This document shows, piece by piece, positions 20,856 to 31,334 of a stretch of DNA of 64,000 bases. The DNA is from an uncultured Methanoregulaceae archaeon (GTDB taxonomy: Archaea; Halobacteriota; Methanomicrobia; Methanomicrobiales; Methanospirillaceae). The notes below the pieces were generated by a model. It had not been told where the DNA came from. It worked only from the letters and a program-made list of their open reading frames with translations, and searched no databases. Made by a program: the position numbers and the translations under genes. Within the stretch, counting starts at the first letter, position 1. Every line of letters begins with the position of its first letter. The stretch covers positions 32,001 through 96,000 of the forward strand of contig OY969564.1 in NCBI GenBank assembly GCA_963701095.1, written 5' to 3'.

Positions 20856-22462
20856 ATGACCACCAGCACTTTTTTGAACACTTCCGTAAAAAGGTCACTT
20901 TTCCTGACTGCCCTTGCTTTTTCCGTCTCTGCGTCGTTCGTGGTAGTGAGGGTACAGAGAATATCAGTTTCTCGGATGACACATGTGAGTCCGGTGACGC
21001 TCCCGGCGTGGAGGTAATCAAGACCGTCGGCGACCCGGAGAAGTGTAGCAAGAACAAGCGCTCGTTTCTGGTCGTCTGGCGAAAGAAGAACAAAAAAACC
21101 CTTGGGCCGTGTGTGCACATTCCCACTATGCAACCGTGCAATGATAGCGATGATACCCTGCTCCCGGACCTGAACAGGAAGGCTCGCGCAGGTAAGGATC
21201 AGTTCTGCGCTTTTTTTCTGGTGACCGGACTGCACAGTATTGCAGCCAATATCGTGTACCATTGCTGCGTAGGAAAGCAGAGCTCGGTCGCGGCGGCTAA
21301 GGCAGTGGAGAGGTTTTAAGGTATCAAAAAGCCGGAGTGCCAGGACTCTTACAGTCTGGGCGTGGGCTGCGTGATCCGGTACTCCTGCAGCAAGCTGCTC
21401 AAATGCATTTCGTTCCTCTTTTGCAGGAAGGGTACGACGATTAATGAACGCGGAACGCTGTCCGGAAAGTACCTGTGATTGCAGGTTATTCCAAAAGCCT
21501 GAATGGACAAGGGAGTCCCAATACCGGACACACTGCCGGTACAACAATGCCCGGCGTTTTTCGCGGTTTATCAGAAGCTTTCGGAGAGGAGAAATGGCGG
21601 ATACCGATAGAGCCGGAAGCGAGTCCAGCGGCGTCCGGCGGGCCCTCTGTTTTACAATTGCAAGAGACATGTGCTCGATCCAGACGTCACAATCGTGGAT
21701 ATCTCCCAGAAGATCCTGAAGTTTTTTTATGCGCCCGATAGGTTTTTTGAGATCGCGCCGGAACAACGGCGCATACGTTTCCAGCGTATACCTCAGTTTT
21801 TTGGTTGCGATCCTGAGTGCATGATGCTCGAACACCGCATCCGGATTGTGAACAAAAGGTTCAAAGCGGTATACCTCCTGCAGTCTTCGACCGATCCTTT
21901 CGGCGGCAATAGGAAGAATCCCTTCATATCTTTCCCTGTTTTTTATGGGGGACTGTTGTTCGAGCGCTAAACATGCGGACTGCAGCTGGAGGATCATCTG
22001 GGAATGTTCCAGTTCATCAAGTACGACAATCACGTTTTTCTGATACACCCCTCGCTGTTTCTGGTAACGAGTGAGAAGTGCAGTCAGGGGATTTCCCGCA
22101 TCTGCCTGGTTGCCGGGGGTAGAAGTTGTCCCGGATGGTGCAGGCATCGCCTGTGTTTTAAGATATTTTTTCAGGAACGCTACCTGCACATCATTATCTC
22201 GGGCCGCACCAAGGGCACGGGTTATCTTTCGTATCTGCCGCATCCAGCGACGGTAGTCTTTTTCCGCAAAACAGGAGGAAAAAAGAGGTAAAGCAGCACG
22301 AAGCCTGCGTGAAGCCACCCGCATGCGGTGAACATGCTCAATATCTTTAGCCTCCCTGACTCCGGCAATCTCTTTTGAAAATGCATCGATAAGAGGGAGC
22401 AACCTTCCCATCCCAAACGTGCAAGAACCAGATATGGCTGGTATCGGATCAGGAACCTGCAT
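20852..22462 (-). CDS. CHAD-domain polyphosphate-binding protein with C-terminal Ppx-like HD domain
   Basis: VHRMRVASRRLR, LGAARDNDV, HALRIATKKLRY, QDLLGDIHD; C-terminal VHDIG..LRVADGLD. Confidence 0.87.
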   Translation of the reverse strand: MQVPDPIPAISGSCTFGMGRLLPLIDAFSKEIAGVREAKDIEHVHRMRVASRRLRAALPLFSSCFAEKDYRRWMRQIRKITRALGAARDNDVQVAFLKKYLKTQAMPAPSGTTSTPGNQADAGNPLTALLTRYQKQRGVYQKNVIVVLDELEHSQMILQLQSACLALEQQSPIKNRERYEGILPIAAERIGRRLQEVYRFEPFVHNPDAVFEHHALRIATKKLRYTLETYAPLFRRDLKKPIGRIKKLQDLLGDIHDCDVWIEHMSLAIVKQRARRTPLDSLPALSVSAISPLRKLLINREKRRALLYRQCVRYWDSLVHSGFWNNLQSQVLSGQRSAFINRRTLPAKEERNAFEQLAAGVPDHAAHAQTVRVLALRLFDTLKPLHCLSRRDRALLSYAAMVHDIGCNTVQSGHQKKSAELILTCASLPVQVREQGIIAIIARLHSGNVHTRPKGFFVLLSPDDQKRALVLATLLRVADGLDYLHAGSVTGLTCVIRETDILCTLTTTNDAETEKARAVRKSDLFTEVFKKVLVVM

Positions 22463-24541
22463 GGTACCATACCCCTTTATGATCCAGGAACCAGGATTGG
22501 GAGTCAACCGGGTCTTCTCCCGGCGCGGGATGCCTGCGGCAATAGGTCCCGTCACTTGACATCAGCCGGAGCTGGTGGTTATCTTTAAGTTCGGTGTCGA
22601 GTATGATCGAAAGAAGTGCTTTCTTTATGGAAGGATCGGTTACCGGGAAGAGTATTTCCACACGCCGGTCCAGGTTTCGTGGCATGAGATCCGCACTGCC
22701 AAGCAAAACTTCGTCTTCACCGTTATTTCTGAAATAGTAGATTCGTGCGTGTTCAAGGAATCTTCCGACAATCGCACTGACGGTGATGTTTTCGCTAATG
22801 CCGGAAATGCCAGGTCTCAGGCAGCAGATACCACGTACCTGAAGATCGATTTTTACCCCCGCCTGGGAAGCGCGATAAAGTGCGTTGATACATGCATAAT
22901 CCACAAGGGCGTTCATTTTAAAAATAAGATGTCCGCCACCATGTTCACGGTGGTTTGCAATTTCCCGCTCGATTCTCGAAATAATAGAGGACCTGAGCGT
23001 TACCGGTGCAACGGCAAGTTTCCGATAGTCGTTAAACCGGGCATAACCGGTCAGGAAATTGAAAAGATTAGCCATATCATACCCGATATCCCGGTCGCAG
23101 GTAAACATGCCAAAATCCGTATAGACCCGGCTCGTAGTCGCGTTGTAGTTCCCGGTCCCGAGGTGCATGTATCTTCTTATGCCGTCCTTCTCCCGCCGGA
23201 CAACCATACACAGCTTTGCATGCACTTTAAGGCCGACAACACCATAGACCACGTGTACACCCGCGCGTTCTAGGGCACGTGCCCATCCGATATTATTTTC
23301 TTCATCAAACCGCGCCTTGAGCTCGATTAAGGCCGCCACTGCCTTCCCGTTATCCCTCGCCTCCATTAGAGCCTTAACAATAGGTGAATTGGATCCTACC
23401 CGGTACAGGGTAATCTTGATGGCAAGGACACCCGGGTCGTGTGCCGCCTGGCGGATAAAATTGATTACCGGTGAGAAACTGTCATAGGGATGATAAAGGA
23501 GGATGTCTTTTCTTTTTATCGCTGAGAAAATGCTCTTTTCCTCGGCAAGTTCAGGGGGGACGGATTGCTGGAACGGAATATCTTTTAAATCCGGGCGGTC
23601 AAGCGACATAAGTTCCATGAGATCTGCCATACCGACCGGGTGGCCGATCCGGTAGAGCATATGCGAACCAATCCCCAGTTTTTTCTCGAGCATTTGGCAG
23701 GTACTTTCCTGCATTGTGCAGTCGACTTCAATCCTGACCGGCGTACCCGGGCCCGCTGTCCCATGATCTCCTCGACCGTGGTCAAAAGATCGGATGCCTC
23801 GTCCACCTCAATGTCGAGATCGGCATCACGGGTAATGCGGAAGGGGGCAGCGCCGATCACTTCGAGGCCCGGGAATAGCAAGTCGAGATGTGCAGCGACA
23901 AGATCTTCCAGGTAAACGAGATGTACTTGTTTATCGTCACGGTGTCCAGACTCCGGTATCCGTATGAGCCTTGGAAAGAGCCCGGTGGGGACTTTGATCC
24001 GGGCAAAAAGCTCCTTTCCCTTAGGATCGCGGATAGTAATGGCAAGATTCAGCGAGAGATTAGAAATGAACGGGAACGGGTGGGCTGAGTCAAATGCGAG
24101 CGGGATAAGTACCGGAAACACTTCTTCGACAAAGTACGTGCGCAGAGCCTGCTTCTGTTCTTCATCCAGCTCACCATACGTGTGGATAAAAATACCGGCA
24201 GCAGCAAGCCGGGGAAGGATCTCGCTGTTCCAGCATTCAAATGAAAGATCAAGATCCGGAATAAGTGCCTTTTCAATAGCGAGAATCTGCTCAGAAGCGG
24301 TCATCCCGTCAGGGGGGGCCTTAAGCATACCCTGTGCAGCCTGTCGCTGAAGCCCTGAGACCCGGATCATAAAAAATTCGTCAAGGTTGTTTGCAAAGAT
24401 CGCGAGGAACTTAACCCGTTCAAGCAGCGGGTGTCGCTCATCCCGGGCTTCTTCCAGTACATGGTGATTGAACCGGATCCAGCTCAGCTCGCGGTTGATG
24501 TAAAGTGACGGAGAATCCAGCGAAGGTAAACTATCGGTCAT
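22449..24541 (-). CDS. ppk1: Polyphosphate kinase 1 (frameshift near 23750)
   Basis: NRELSW, NLDEFFMIRV, HPFPF, HPYDSF, KARFDEENN, KVHAK, GTGNYN, RFLEH.R, SADLMPRN motifs. Confidence 0.93.
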
Positions 24542-25100
24542 GGTATCACCGTAAAACTGCATACATCATAGTTATGCAGGAGCTTATTGTACTGGGAAGA
24601 TAGGGAGGCGGGGTTTATCAATCCTGCACCCTGTAGGAGACCTATAGCGGTCACAAGAGTGTTACCTTGATGGGGCGTGTCAATATAGTATTCCCAATCG
24701 TTTTTTTCCAACTCGCCATTTTTGATAAATGCTTCATCTCTCCAGGAAGTTTTCAAGATAGATGGCACAGGCTTTGAAGCACCTTTTTTTTGAAACCGAC
24801 ACCGTTTAACCTCAGATGTTTTATATCGAATTTTTTTCAGATTTATGAAATGGTAAAAGGTATCTCACAGATTGGTTCTGTTAATATTGTTTTATTATGC
24901 CAGATCAACGGATAATAATGGAAGACAGAAAATTCGCTTGTTTTCACGTCGATTAGTTTCATTTTTTGAAACTTTTATTTTGGTATATATACTGATAGAT
25001 CAAAACTACCGATTATTGAAATTACCGACCCGGTTTTACCGGTGATATAATCCGGTGTTTTCTGGGACCAAAAGGAAATTTTAACAGTGAAGGAGATAGG

Positions 25101-25475
25101 ATGAGAACAGAGAAAGTAACCTATTTTACAGAAAAAGAAGACGAATTTGTAACTCTTCTTATGAGGATTGGAACAAATAAGAATGTAGCAAAGGTGCTCG
25201 TGTTTCTAAACGCCAACCTCAAATCAACCTCTCGTCAGATAGAGCGTGGAACTGATCTTCGACAGTCTGAGGTTAGTCTGGCGATAAAATACATGATATC
25301 CCATGGGTGGCTCCTCGTCCATGAAAAGAAGCATGAACGAAATGCACGATTGGTTAAAATCTACGAACTTGCAAAACCAATCACTGATATCCTGGACTCA
25401 ATTCAGAAAGAACTGGAAAACGAAGCTGATAATCAGCTCATCCTTATCAGGAAGTTGCGTAAGTACAGCGAGTGA
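25101..25475 (+). CDS. wHTH transcriptional regulator (COG4738 / ArsR-like)
   Basis: NVAKVLVFL..TSRQIERGTDLRQSEVSLA..GW motif. Confidence 0.8.
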   Translation: MRTEKVTYFTEKEDEFVTLLMRIGTNKNVAKVLVFLNANLKSTSRQIERGTDLRQSEVSLAIKYMISHGWLLVHEKKHERNARLVKIYELAKPITDILDSIQKELENEADNQLILIRKLRKYSE

Positions 25476-25876
25476 ATCTCCCCAAACACTCCCCTTTTTC
25501 GCTGTACGGTTACTGTATTAGCGAGGTCTTGTTTCCTGTATTAGGTCAGAAAAAGAACATAAGGAAGAGATTCCATATCAATGAAGGCACAACAACCAAA
25601 AACAGCACCCCAAAGAGGGATCCTCGTTCCCTCAATAAAATACTTCAAAAAGATCTATTTCCCGCACCAGTTACTCCCCTTTTTTTCCTGAAAGAGTGTG
25701 CCGTGCTGAAGACTTCAAGGGACCTAGTTTCATTTTTTGAAACTATTGTTGTTGCATATATACTGACAAAACAAATTATAGAATACAGAAATCCTCGCCC
25801 GGATCGATTGGTTATAATCCAGTTTTTTTGGGGTGGACTAATGGGTTCTGGCTATCTTTCGTTGGAATGGTTCGAA

Positions 25877-28585
25877 ATGTGTTGTAATCGATTTAGTCTT
25901 GATTGTGCAGGATTTTTGATTATTGCGTTGCTGTTTGTTGGCTCCGTAAATGCGATGACAGCGAATTTTAATGGGGCGCCCAGAAGCGGAACTGAGCCAT
26001 TACCAGTAAGTTTCACGGATGATTCAACGGGCGGGCCAACCGGTTGGGCATGGTATTTCGGTGATGAAAACTGGCAGACCATCGGTTCAAACTGGACGGA
26101 AATGACCGCCAGCCCCGGATGGAATGATAGTTACTATAGTGCGGCGACATCATTACCTGATGGAAGCATTGTGATGCTAGGAGGGTTTGATAATGTACTG
26201 GACGTGACTCTAAACGATACATGGCGTTCAACGGATGAAGGCGCTACGTGGACTCTTGTAAACCCGAGTTCAGGCTGGCTTCCCCGATATGCATTTCCCG
26301 CCGTTACATTACCTGATGGTAGTATCGTGATAATGGGCGGCGTAGGTAACTATTCTGCCGGGACTTTTCTGAACGACACGTGGCGGTCAACGGATGAAGG
26401 CGCTACGTGGACGGAGATGAACGCGAGTTCAGGCTGGTCACCCCGGGAATATGCCGCTGCAGTAGCGTTACCTGACGGCAATATCACTATCCTCGGGGGG
26501 TCAGCTAATGGCGTGTATTTAGGCGATGTGTGGCAGTCGACGGATAAAGGTGCCACATGGACGAAAATAAATGCTTCCGCTTTTGGTGGTACGGGTCTGA
26601 GTGCTCCTGCTGCTGTTGCTCTCCAAGATGGCAATATTGTCGTAATGGGTGGATACTCAGGCGGTCATGGCAGAACTAGTAAAACGTACCGGTCAACGGA
26701 TGAAGGTAAAACATGGACAATAGTTAATGGAAGTGGCGGTTGGCAAGGTCGAGACCGGTTCCCCGCAGTTCCATTACCTGACGGGAGTATAGTGTTCGCC
26801 AGTGGCTATTCTGGCGCCGCAGCCCTCAATGATACCTGGAGGTCGGCGAACGAAGGCGCTACGTGGACTGAACTCAACGTGTCAGCTCCGTGGCAGGCGC
26901 GAAATGGTGCCGATATGGTTTCTTTACCGGATGGAAGTGTCGTGATATTATCCGGACAGATTGCTACAAATGTAGGTTTTGATGACGTTTGGCGGATGCA
27001 GACCGCATCAGCATTTGGTGAGAATCCGGTTCACATTTATACAACTCCAAGTAATAGTTTTAATGTCACACTCAATGCGTATATTTTGGGTAATATCCTT
27101 GACGAGAACAGCACAACAAAGTTTTTCTTTATCAATCCGGTATCATACCCCGGTTTCACGTCCGTCATTCCCAGTCGCGGATCAGTCAGTATTCCAAACA
27201 CGGTTCTGATTCAGGGTGGGGGGTTCAACTCAACCGGCACAACCCAGGTGATCCTGAGCAGGAGCGAGGGGCCCTCTAGTATAACGCTGAGTACTCCGGC
27301 TAACGTTTCGGTGCTCTCCAATTCCCTGATCCGTGCCACGATTCCTTCGGGCATCGCAACGGGTTTATGGAATGTCAGCGTGATATCACCGCTCGGCTAC
27401 CCTGCGGATAATGCGAGTGTTACGTATATGGCGGCAATAAGTCTGACGGGAATCAACGCGATCAATGGTACACCACAGGTCGGGAGTACGCTCAAGAACG
27501 GTACGGTCGCCCCATCGGGATCAACGGCGATATTCCAGTGGACAGAATCTTCGTCAATTAATGGACCCTACACGAACATTAGTGGAGCGACATTGGGGAC
27601 ATACGTCCTGCAACCCAGTGATCTCGGGATGTATGTTGAGGTCAACGCGACGGGAACCGGGCTCTATATCGAGACGGTCAACAGCACACCGGTTGGCCCG
27701 GTCATCCCTCTGGCCCCGGTATCTTCGTTCACTGAGAACACAACTTCCGGAACCGTACCGTTAGCGGTCCAGTTCAACGATACGTCGTCAAACACTCCAA
27801 CCTCATGGTATTGGGTATTTGGTGACGGATCGACATCAACGGTCCAGAATGCGACACATACCTTCAGTACCTCCGGGACGTATCAGATCAACCTGACAGC
27901 CAGTAACGCCGGTGGATCGAATACATCATCTAACCAGACAATTACGGTCGATGGTCCGGCCCCGGTATCTTCGTTCACTGAGAACACAACTTCCGGAACT
28001 GTACCGTTAGCGGTCCAGTTCAACGATACGTCGTCAAATACTCCAACCTCATGGTATTGGGTATTTGGTGACGGATCGACATCAACGGTCCAGAATGCGA
28101 CATATACCTTCAGTACCTCCGGGACGTATCAGATCAACCTGACAGCCAGTAACGCCGGTGGATCGAACACATCATCCAACCAGACGATTACGGTAACCCA
28201 GTCCGGTCCAACGACAACAATTACTCAATCTTCTGGCGGTAGACCCTCGTATGGCGGTGATGGCGGGAGTAACTCACCAGCTGGAAATACCGGGCCGCAA
28301 AACCCCAATCCTGCTGGTAACACCCAAAACCAAAATACCGGTTCAGGGACCTCCAATACTGGCAATGGTAGAGGAACAGAACAGCTCGGGCCTCTTGAAC
28401 CGGCTGGCGGCCCTGCCACTGTAGTAAACCCGTCGTCTCCCCAGCTCCAGAATCCGATCATAATCACCATTGCCAATGCTCTGCTGACGCTTAAGGAAAA
28501 TCAGTTCTTACTAATCACCGGTGTCGTCGGCATTATCAGTGTTGCAGTCCTGCGAAGATGGTGGATCCGGCGCCAGCAACCTTAA
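25877..28585 (+). CDS. Cell-surface protein: signal peptide, Kelch/Asp-box propeller within a PKD domain, IPT-like domain, two PKD domains, G/N/P-rich linker, C-terminal TM helix
   Basis: Repeated LPDGSIV..GG and W.STD.G.TW motifs; W.FGD PKD motifs; start moved to the ATG preceding the signal peptide. Confidence 0.85.
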   Translation: MCCNRFSLDCAGFLIIALLFVGSVNAMTANFNGAPRSGTEPLPVSFTDDSTGGPTGWAWYFGDENWQTIGSNWTEMTASPGWNDSYYSAATSLPDGSIVMLGGFDNVLDVTLNDTWRSTDEGATWTLVNPSSGWLPRYAFPAVTLPDGSIVIMGGVGNYSAGTFLNDTWRSTDEGATWTEMNASSGWSPREYAAAVALPDGNITILGGSANGVYLGDVWQSTDKGATWTKINASAFGGTGLSAPAAVALQDGNIVVMGGYSGGHGRTSKTYRSTDEGKTWTIVNGSGGWQGRDRFPAVPLPDGSIVFASGYSGAAALNDTWRSANEGATWTELNVSAPWQARNGADMVSLPDGSVVILSGQIATNVGFDDVWRMQTASAFGENPVHIYTTPSNSFNVTLNAYILGNILDENSTTKFFFINPVSYPGFTSVIPSRGSVSIPNTVLIQGGGFNSTGTTQVILSRSEGPSSITLSTPANVSVLSNSLIRATIPSGIATGLWNVSVISPLGYPADNASVTYMAAISLTGINAINGTPQVGSTLKNGTVAPSGSTAIFQWTESSSINGPYTNISGATLGTYVLQPSDLGMYVEVNATGTGLYIETVNSTPVGPVIPLAPVSSFTENTTSGTVPLAVQFNDTSSNTPTSWYWVFGDGSTSTVQNATHTFSTSGTYQINLTASNAGGSNTSSNQTITVDGPAPVSSFTENTTSGTVPLAVQFNDTSSNTPTSWYWVFGDGSTSTVQNATYTFSTSGTYQINLTASNAGGSNTSSNQTITVTQSGPTTTITQSSGGRPSYGGDGGSNSPAGNTGPQNPNPAGNTQNQNTGSGTSNTGNGRGTEQLGPLEPAGGPATVVNPSSPQLQNPIIITIANALLTLKENQFLLITGVVGIISVAVLRRWWIRRQQP
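27712..28194 (+). repeat. Tandem duplication of a PKD domain, 246-bp period
   Basis: 27712-27948 vs 27958-28194: 6 differences in 237 bp by manual comparison. Confidence 0.95.
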
Positions 28586-28848
28586 TGGTTTCAGGAATTC
28601 AACGAATCTTTTCTAGGGAATATCCCATTATTTTTAAAAATTCCGGAGATCTTGCCCCTACACGATACTCCCCTACCGGGGTTTTATTACGAGATCTAAA
28701 TTTATTAGCCTTTCAGCGACGGTCGTCGTTAACAAAAAGCAAAAACAGGGTAACAAACACCATCATTTTTCCTGTCCCGAACAGACCGGTCCTTGCCGGT
28801 ACACAAAAGGCTTCATTACCGGAGCAGCCAAGTATATCGGTAAATATC

Positions 28849-29502
28849 ATGACTGATAATACATACGGTGCAAAACTCCAGCGGGACGGCAAGACCTACG
28901 CGATTCAGACCCGGATCCCGGCCGGTGTCGTATCGCCGGATGACCTGGAAACCCTTGCACGAGTAGCAAAAAAATACGCAATACCCCTTGTCAAGATTAC
29001 CTCCGGCCAACGATTCCTACTTGTTGGTGTACTGGAGAAGGATATCGTCAATGTCAGAAAAGATCTCGGACCGCTCGGAACGGCATCTATCACACCAGGT
29101 GTACGTTATGTCCAGTCCTGCCCGGGCATTTCGTTCTGTAAAAACGGTACACAGGATTCCATCAGTATTGCAAAGGAGATTTCCGATGAGTATGCCGGAA
29201 AAGAGTTCCCGGCAAAGATTAAGATTGGCATCTCCGGCTGCCCGCGATGCTGCGGCGAAAGCCGGGTCCGGGATATCGGTATTATGGGATCCGCGAAAGG
29301 CTGGACGGTCTCTTTTGGTGGGCACAGCGGGTTTAAATCGCGGATGGGGGAGCAGGTCGCCACTGGACTGTCCTCGGAAGAGGCAAAGGACTGTGTCAGG
29401 AAACTACTAACGTTCTATAAAACACATGCCGAGCCAAAAGAGCGTACCTCCCGGTTCCTTGAACGGACGGGAAATGAATGGATAAAAAAAATAATTGATT
29501 AA
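28849..29502 (+). CDS. Small nitrite/sulfite-reductase-domain protein
   Basis: RIPAG, KITSGQR, CPG...C and KIGISGCPRCC 4Fe-4S/siroheme ligands, DIG, ER..R. Confidence 0.82.
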   Translation: MTDNTYGAKLQRDGKTYAIQTRIPAGVVSPDDLETLARVAKKYAIPLVKITSGQRFLLVGVLEKDIVNVRKDLGPLGTASITPGVRYVQSCPGISFCKNGTQDSISIAKEISDEYAGKEFPAKIKIGISGCPRCCGESRVRDIGIMGSAKGWTVSFGGHSGFKSRMGEQVATGLSSEEAKDCVRKLLTFYKTHAEPKERTSRFLERTGNEWIKKIID

Positions 29503-29530
29503 AAAATTTCCTTTAATTATTGACGTAAGA

Positions 29531-30202
29531 TCATCCATTAAAATTATGGTGCCGGTAGCAGTTTTCGATAAACTCCTGTTTCCGGTGCTCGCTTGCGTTT
29601 ACCGGTGGTTTCAAGTATCCGACAGAAGGAGTCTGCTTTGCCGGGCAAAACGGGCAGAGAGCGGCATCAACATCGTTAGCCTTCTCTTTTACCGGGCAGT
29701 AATAGACACCGTCAATACACTCAACGAAATCTCCTCCGGGAAACCGGAGACCTGCCGGATGTCCTGGTTCCTGCCGGACGATCATGCAGAATCCGGCAAG
29801 TAAGAATTTTAAAAACCGGAGCCTGATGTCTCCGGGTCCGACCCGGCACTGTTCGCATACTATTGCCCAGTATCTCTTCTCTCCATCGGTCACCGGCTCG
29901 TTCATCCGCGCAAATGCACCTGATTGGTCCATGAGCCGGATTGCCTGGTATGTCCCAAGTAAGTGACCGGCAATCGCCGTTTCGAGTTCTTTACGGTACC
30001 CTGGTGAAAGATCCCGGATTGATAATCCAAAATTTTGTTCCATTTTCCGGATGTCACGGGGCTGAAATTGCAGCACAATCCGCGCAAGGAATGCACCAAT
30101 TTCGCCCCGGGTATGGAATGTTTTGAGCATGGTGCAGTCTTTCTGGATGGCGGAAACGATCTGTTCCGGCGGGACATCCTCTGCGTTATAAGGGGTTTCC
30201 AT
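29531..30202 (-). CDS. DUF2115 (UPF0305) methanogen protein
   Basis: PGHPAG..FPGG, YYCPVK, ALCPFCPAKQ motifs. Confidence 0.8.
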   Translation of the reverse strand: METPYNAEDVPPEQIVSAIQKDCTMLKTFHTRGEIGAFLARIVLQFQPRDIRKMEQNFGLSIRDLSPGYRKELETAIAGHLLGTYQAIRLMDQSGAFARMNEPVTDGEKRYWAIVCEQCRVGPGDIRLRFLKFLLAGFCMIVRQEPGHPAGLRFPGGDFVECIDGVYYCPVKEKANDVDAALCPFCPAKQTPSVGYLKPPVNASEHRKQEFIENCYRHHNFNG

Positions 30203-30409
30203 TGCTGCACCGATTTTTTTGATCATTGTAATATAAACAGATAACGAAAGGTATCTTTTTTGGTAGAAAATTCTCGACAATACTGTTTTTTGGGTCCGGC
30301 ATAAATGAAGTGCGAATACTCAAAGTAGAGCGTATTTTCGGGTTACTGATAAACGGCTGGTTATTGTTTCTTCCTCACATTCATCTACTTGGAACCCCAA
30401 TAGATCAGG

Positions 30410-30946
30410 ATGGATTCTTTTTTTATCCGATCCGAAATTCCTGAGGATATACCCGCAATTTATGAGGTCAATCTTCAGGCTTTCGGCCAGGATGGTGAAG
30501 CCCGGCTCGTCAGCGCTCTCCGTCATGATGGTGACTATATCCGCGGGCTCTCTCTGGTTGCAGTGCATAAAGACAAAATAATCGGGCATATTCTCTTTGT
30601 CCCGGTATCCATTGAATCGGGCGACATCCACGTACCGGCTGTCGCTCTTGCACCACTTTCGGTATGTTCGGATTACCAGTGTCAGGGTGTTGGATCAAGC
30701 CTTATAAAAGAAGGTCTGCGGGTGTGCCGGCAGCTGGGGCACCGGATTGTGATCGTAGTTGGGCATCCCACATATTACCCCCGGTTCGGGTTCACACCAG
30801 CGTCTATATCGGGGATTAAATCTCCGTTTCCCTGTAAAGATAACGTATTCATGGCATGTCCCCTTGTTCCCGGGGCTCTTGACGGGATCCATGGTACCGT
30901 ACAATATCCCCCGGCGTTCGACACAGAAGGGGCACACGCCGGATAA
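30410..30946 (+). CDS. GNAT N-acetyltransferase (YhbS-like)
   Basis: LSLVA...IIGHILF, LAPLSV..YQ.QGVG, VVGHPTYYPRFGF motifs. Confidence 0.88.
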   Translation: MDSFFIRSEIPEDIPAIYEVNLQAFGQDGEARLVSALRHDGDYIRGLSLVAVHKDKIIGHILFVPVSIESGDIHVPAVALAPLSVCSDYQCQGVGSSLIKEGLRVCRQLGHRIVIVVGHPTYYPRFGFTPASISGIKSPFPCKDNVFMACPLVPGALDGIHGTVQYPPAFDTEGAHAG

Positions 30947-31241
30947 AATCTTGTCTTTTCTCATTCTGCCCCTTTCGGTTTACTATATCTGTAAAAAGTC
31001 CTGACTGGCTTCAAGGCGACCTTCACATCAGGTTTATGAACGGACCGGGATATCAACGAGTCTTTGTTTTTCCAAAACTCCACTTTTTCATGCGACCCTT
31101 TTTTCCTCAGAATCATACCACATTCAGAAAGGATCGCATACCCTCCCTTTTTCCTTTATTTGTGATTTTGATATTGCTGATAAACATGGCACCATTCTGG
31201 TGCAGGAAAAATATTTGTCCTTGAGCGATCAAAGTCCATGC

Positions 31242-31334
31242 ATGGCAAAACCAAGCGGTTTTTGTTTGTGCGAAATATCTGATATTCATCTCCCCTATTT
31301 TATTATTCAAATTATTGTAAGTATTCGGGCGTAA
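31242..31334 (+). CDS. Putative Ile-rich leader peptide (30 aa, MAKPSGFCLCEISDIHLPYFIIQIIVSIRA)
   Basis: Read manually; 7 Ile, 2 Leu, 1 Val with an IIQIIVSI cluster; GAAAAATATTTG BRE/TATA-like box about 28 nt upstream. Confidence 0.7.
   Translation: MAKPSGFCLCEISDIHLPYFIIQIIVSIRA

Noticed and set aside
24538..24768. 76-aa ORF overlapping the ppk1 start
   Set aside because: No recognisable motif or SD; it could be a gene fragment, but the sequence alone does not support a call
25472..25876. 135-aa N-terminal extension of the surface protein in the ORF track
   Set aside because: The signal peptide starts at ATG 25877; the extension looks like open intergenic sequence
26200..26900. Roughly 30-bp repeats at regular spacing, as a possible CRISPR array
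   Set aside because: They are in-frame Asp-box codons with spacing of about 160 bp; no cas genes nearby
31036..31224. 62-aa ORF containing LFVILILLI upstream of cimA, as an alternative branched-chain leader
   Set aside because: It ends about 150 nt from cimA, overlaps the likely promoter, and its residues follow from T-rich sequence; the 31242 ORF fits better
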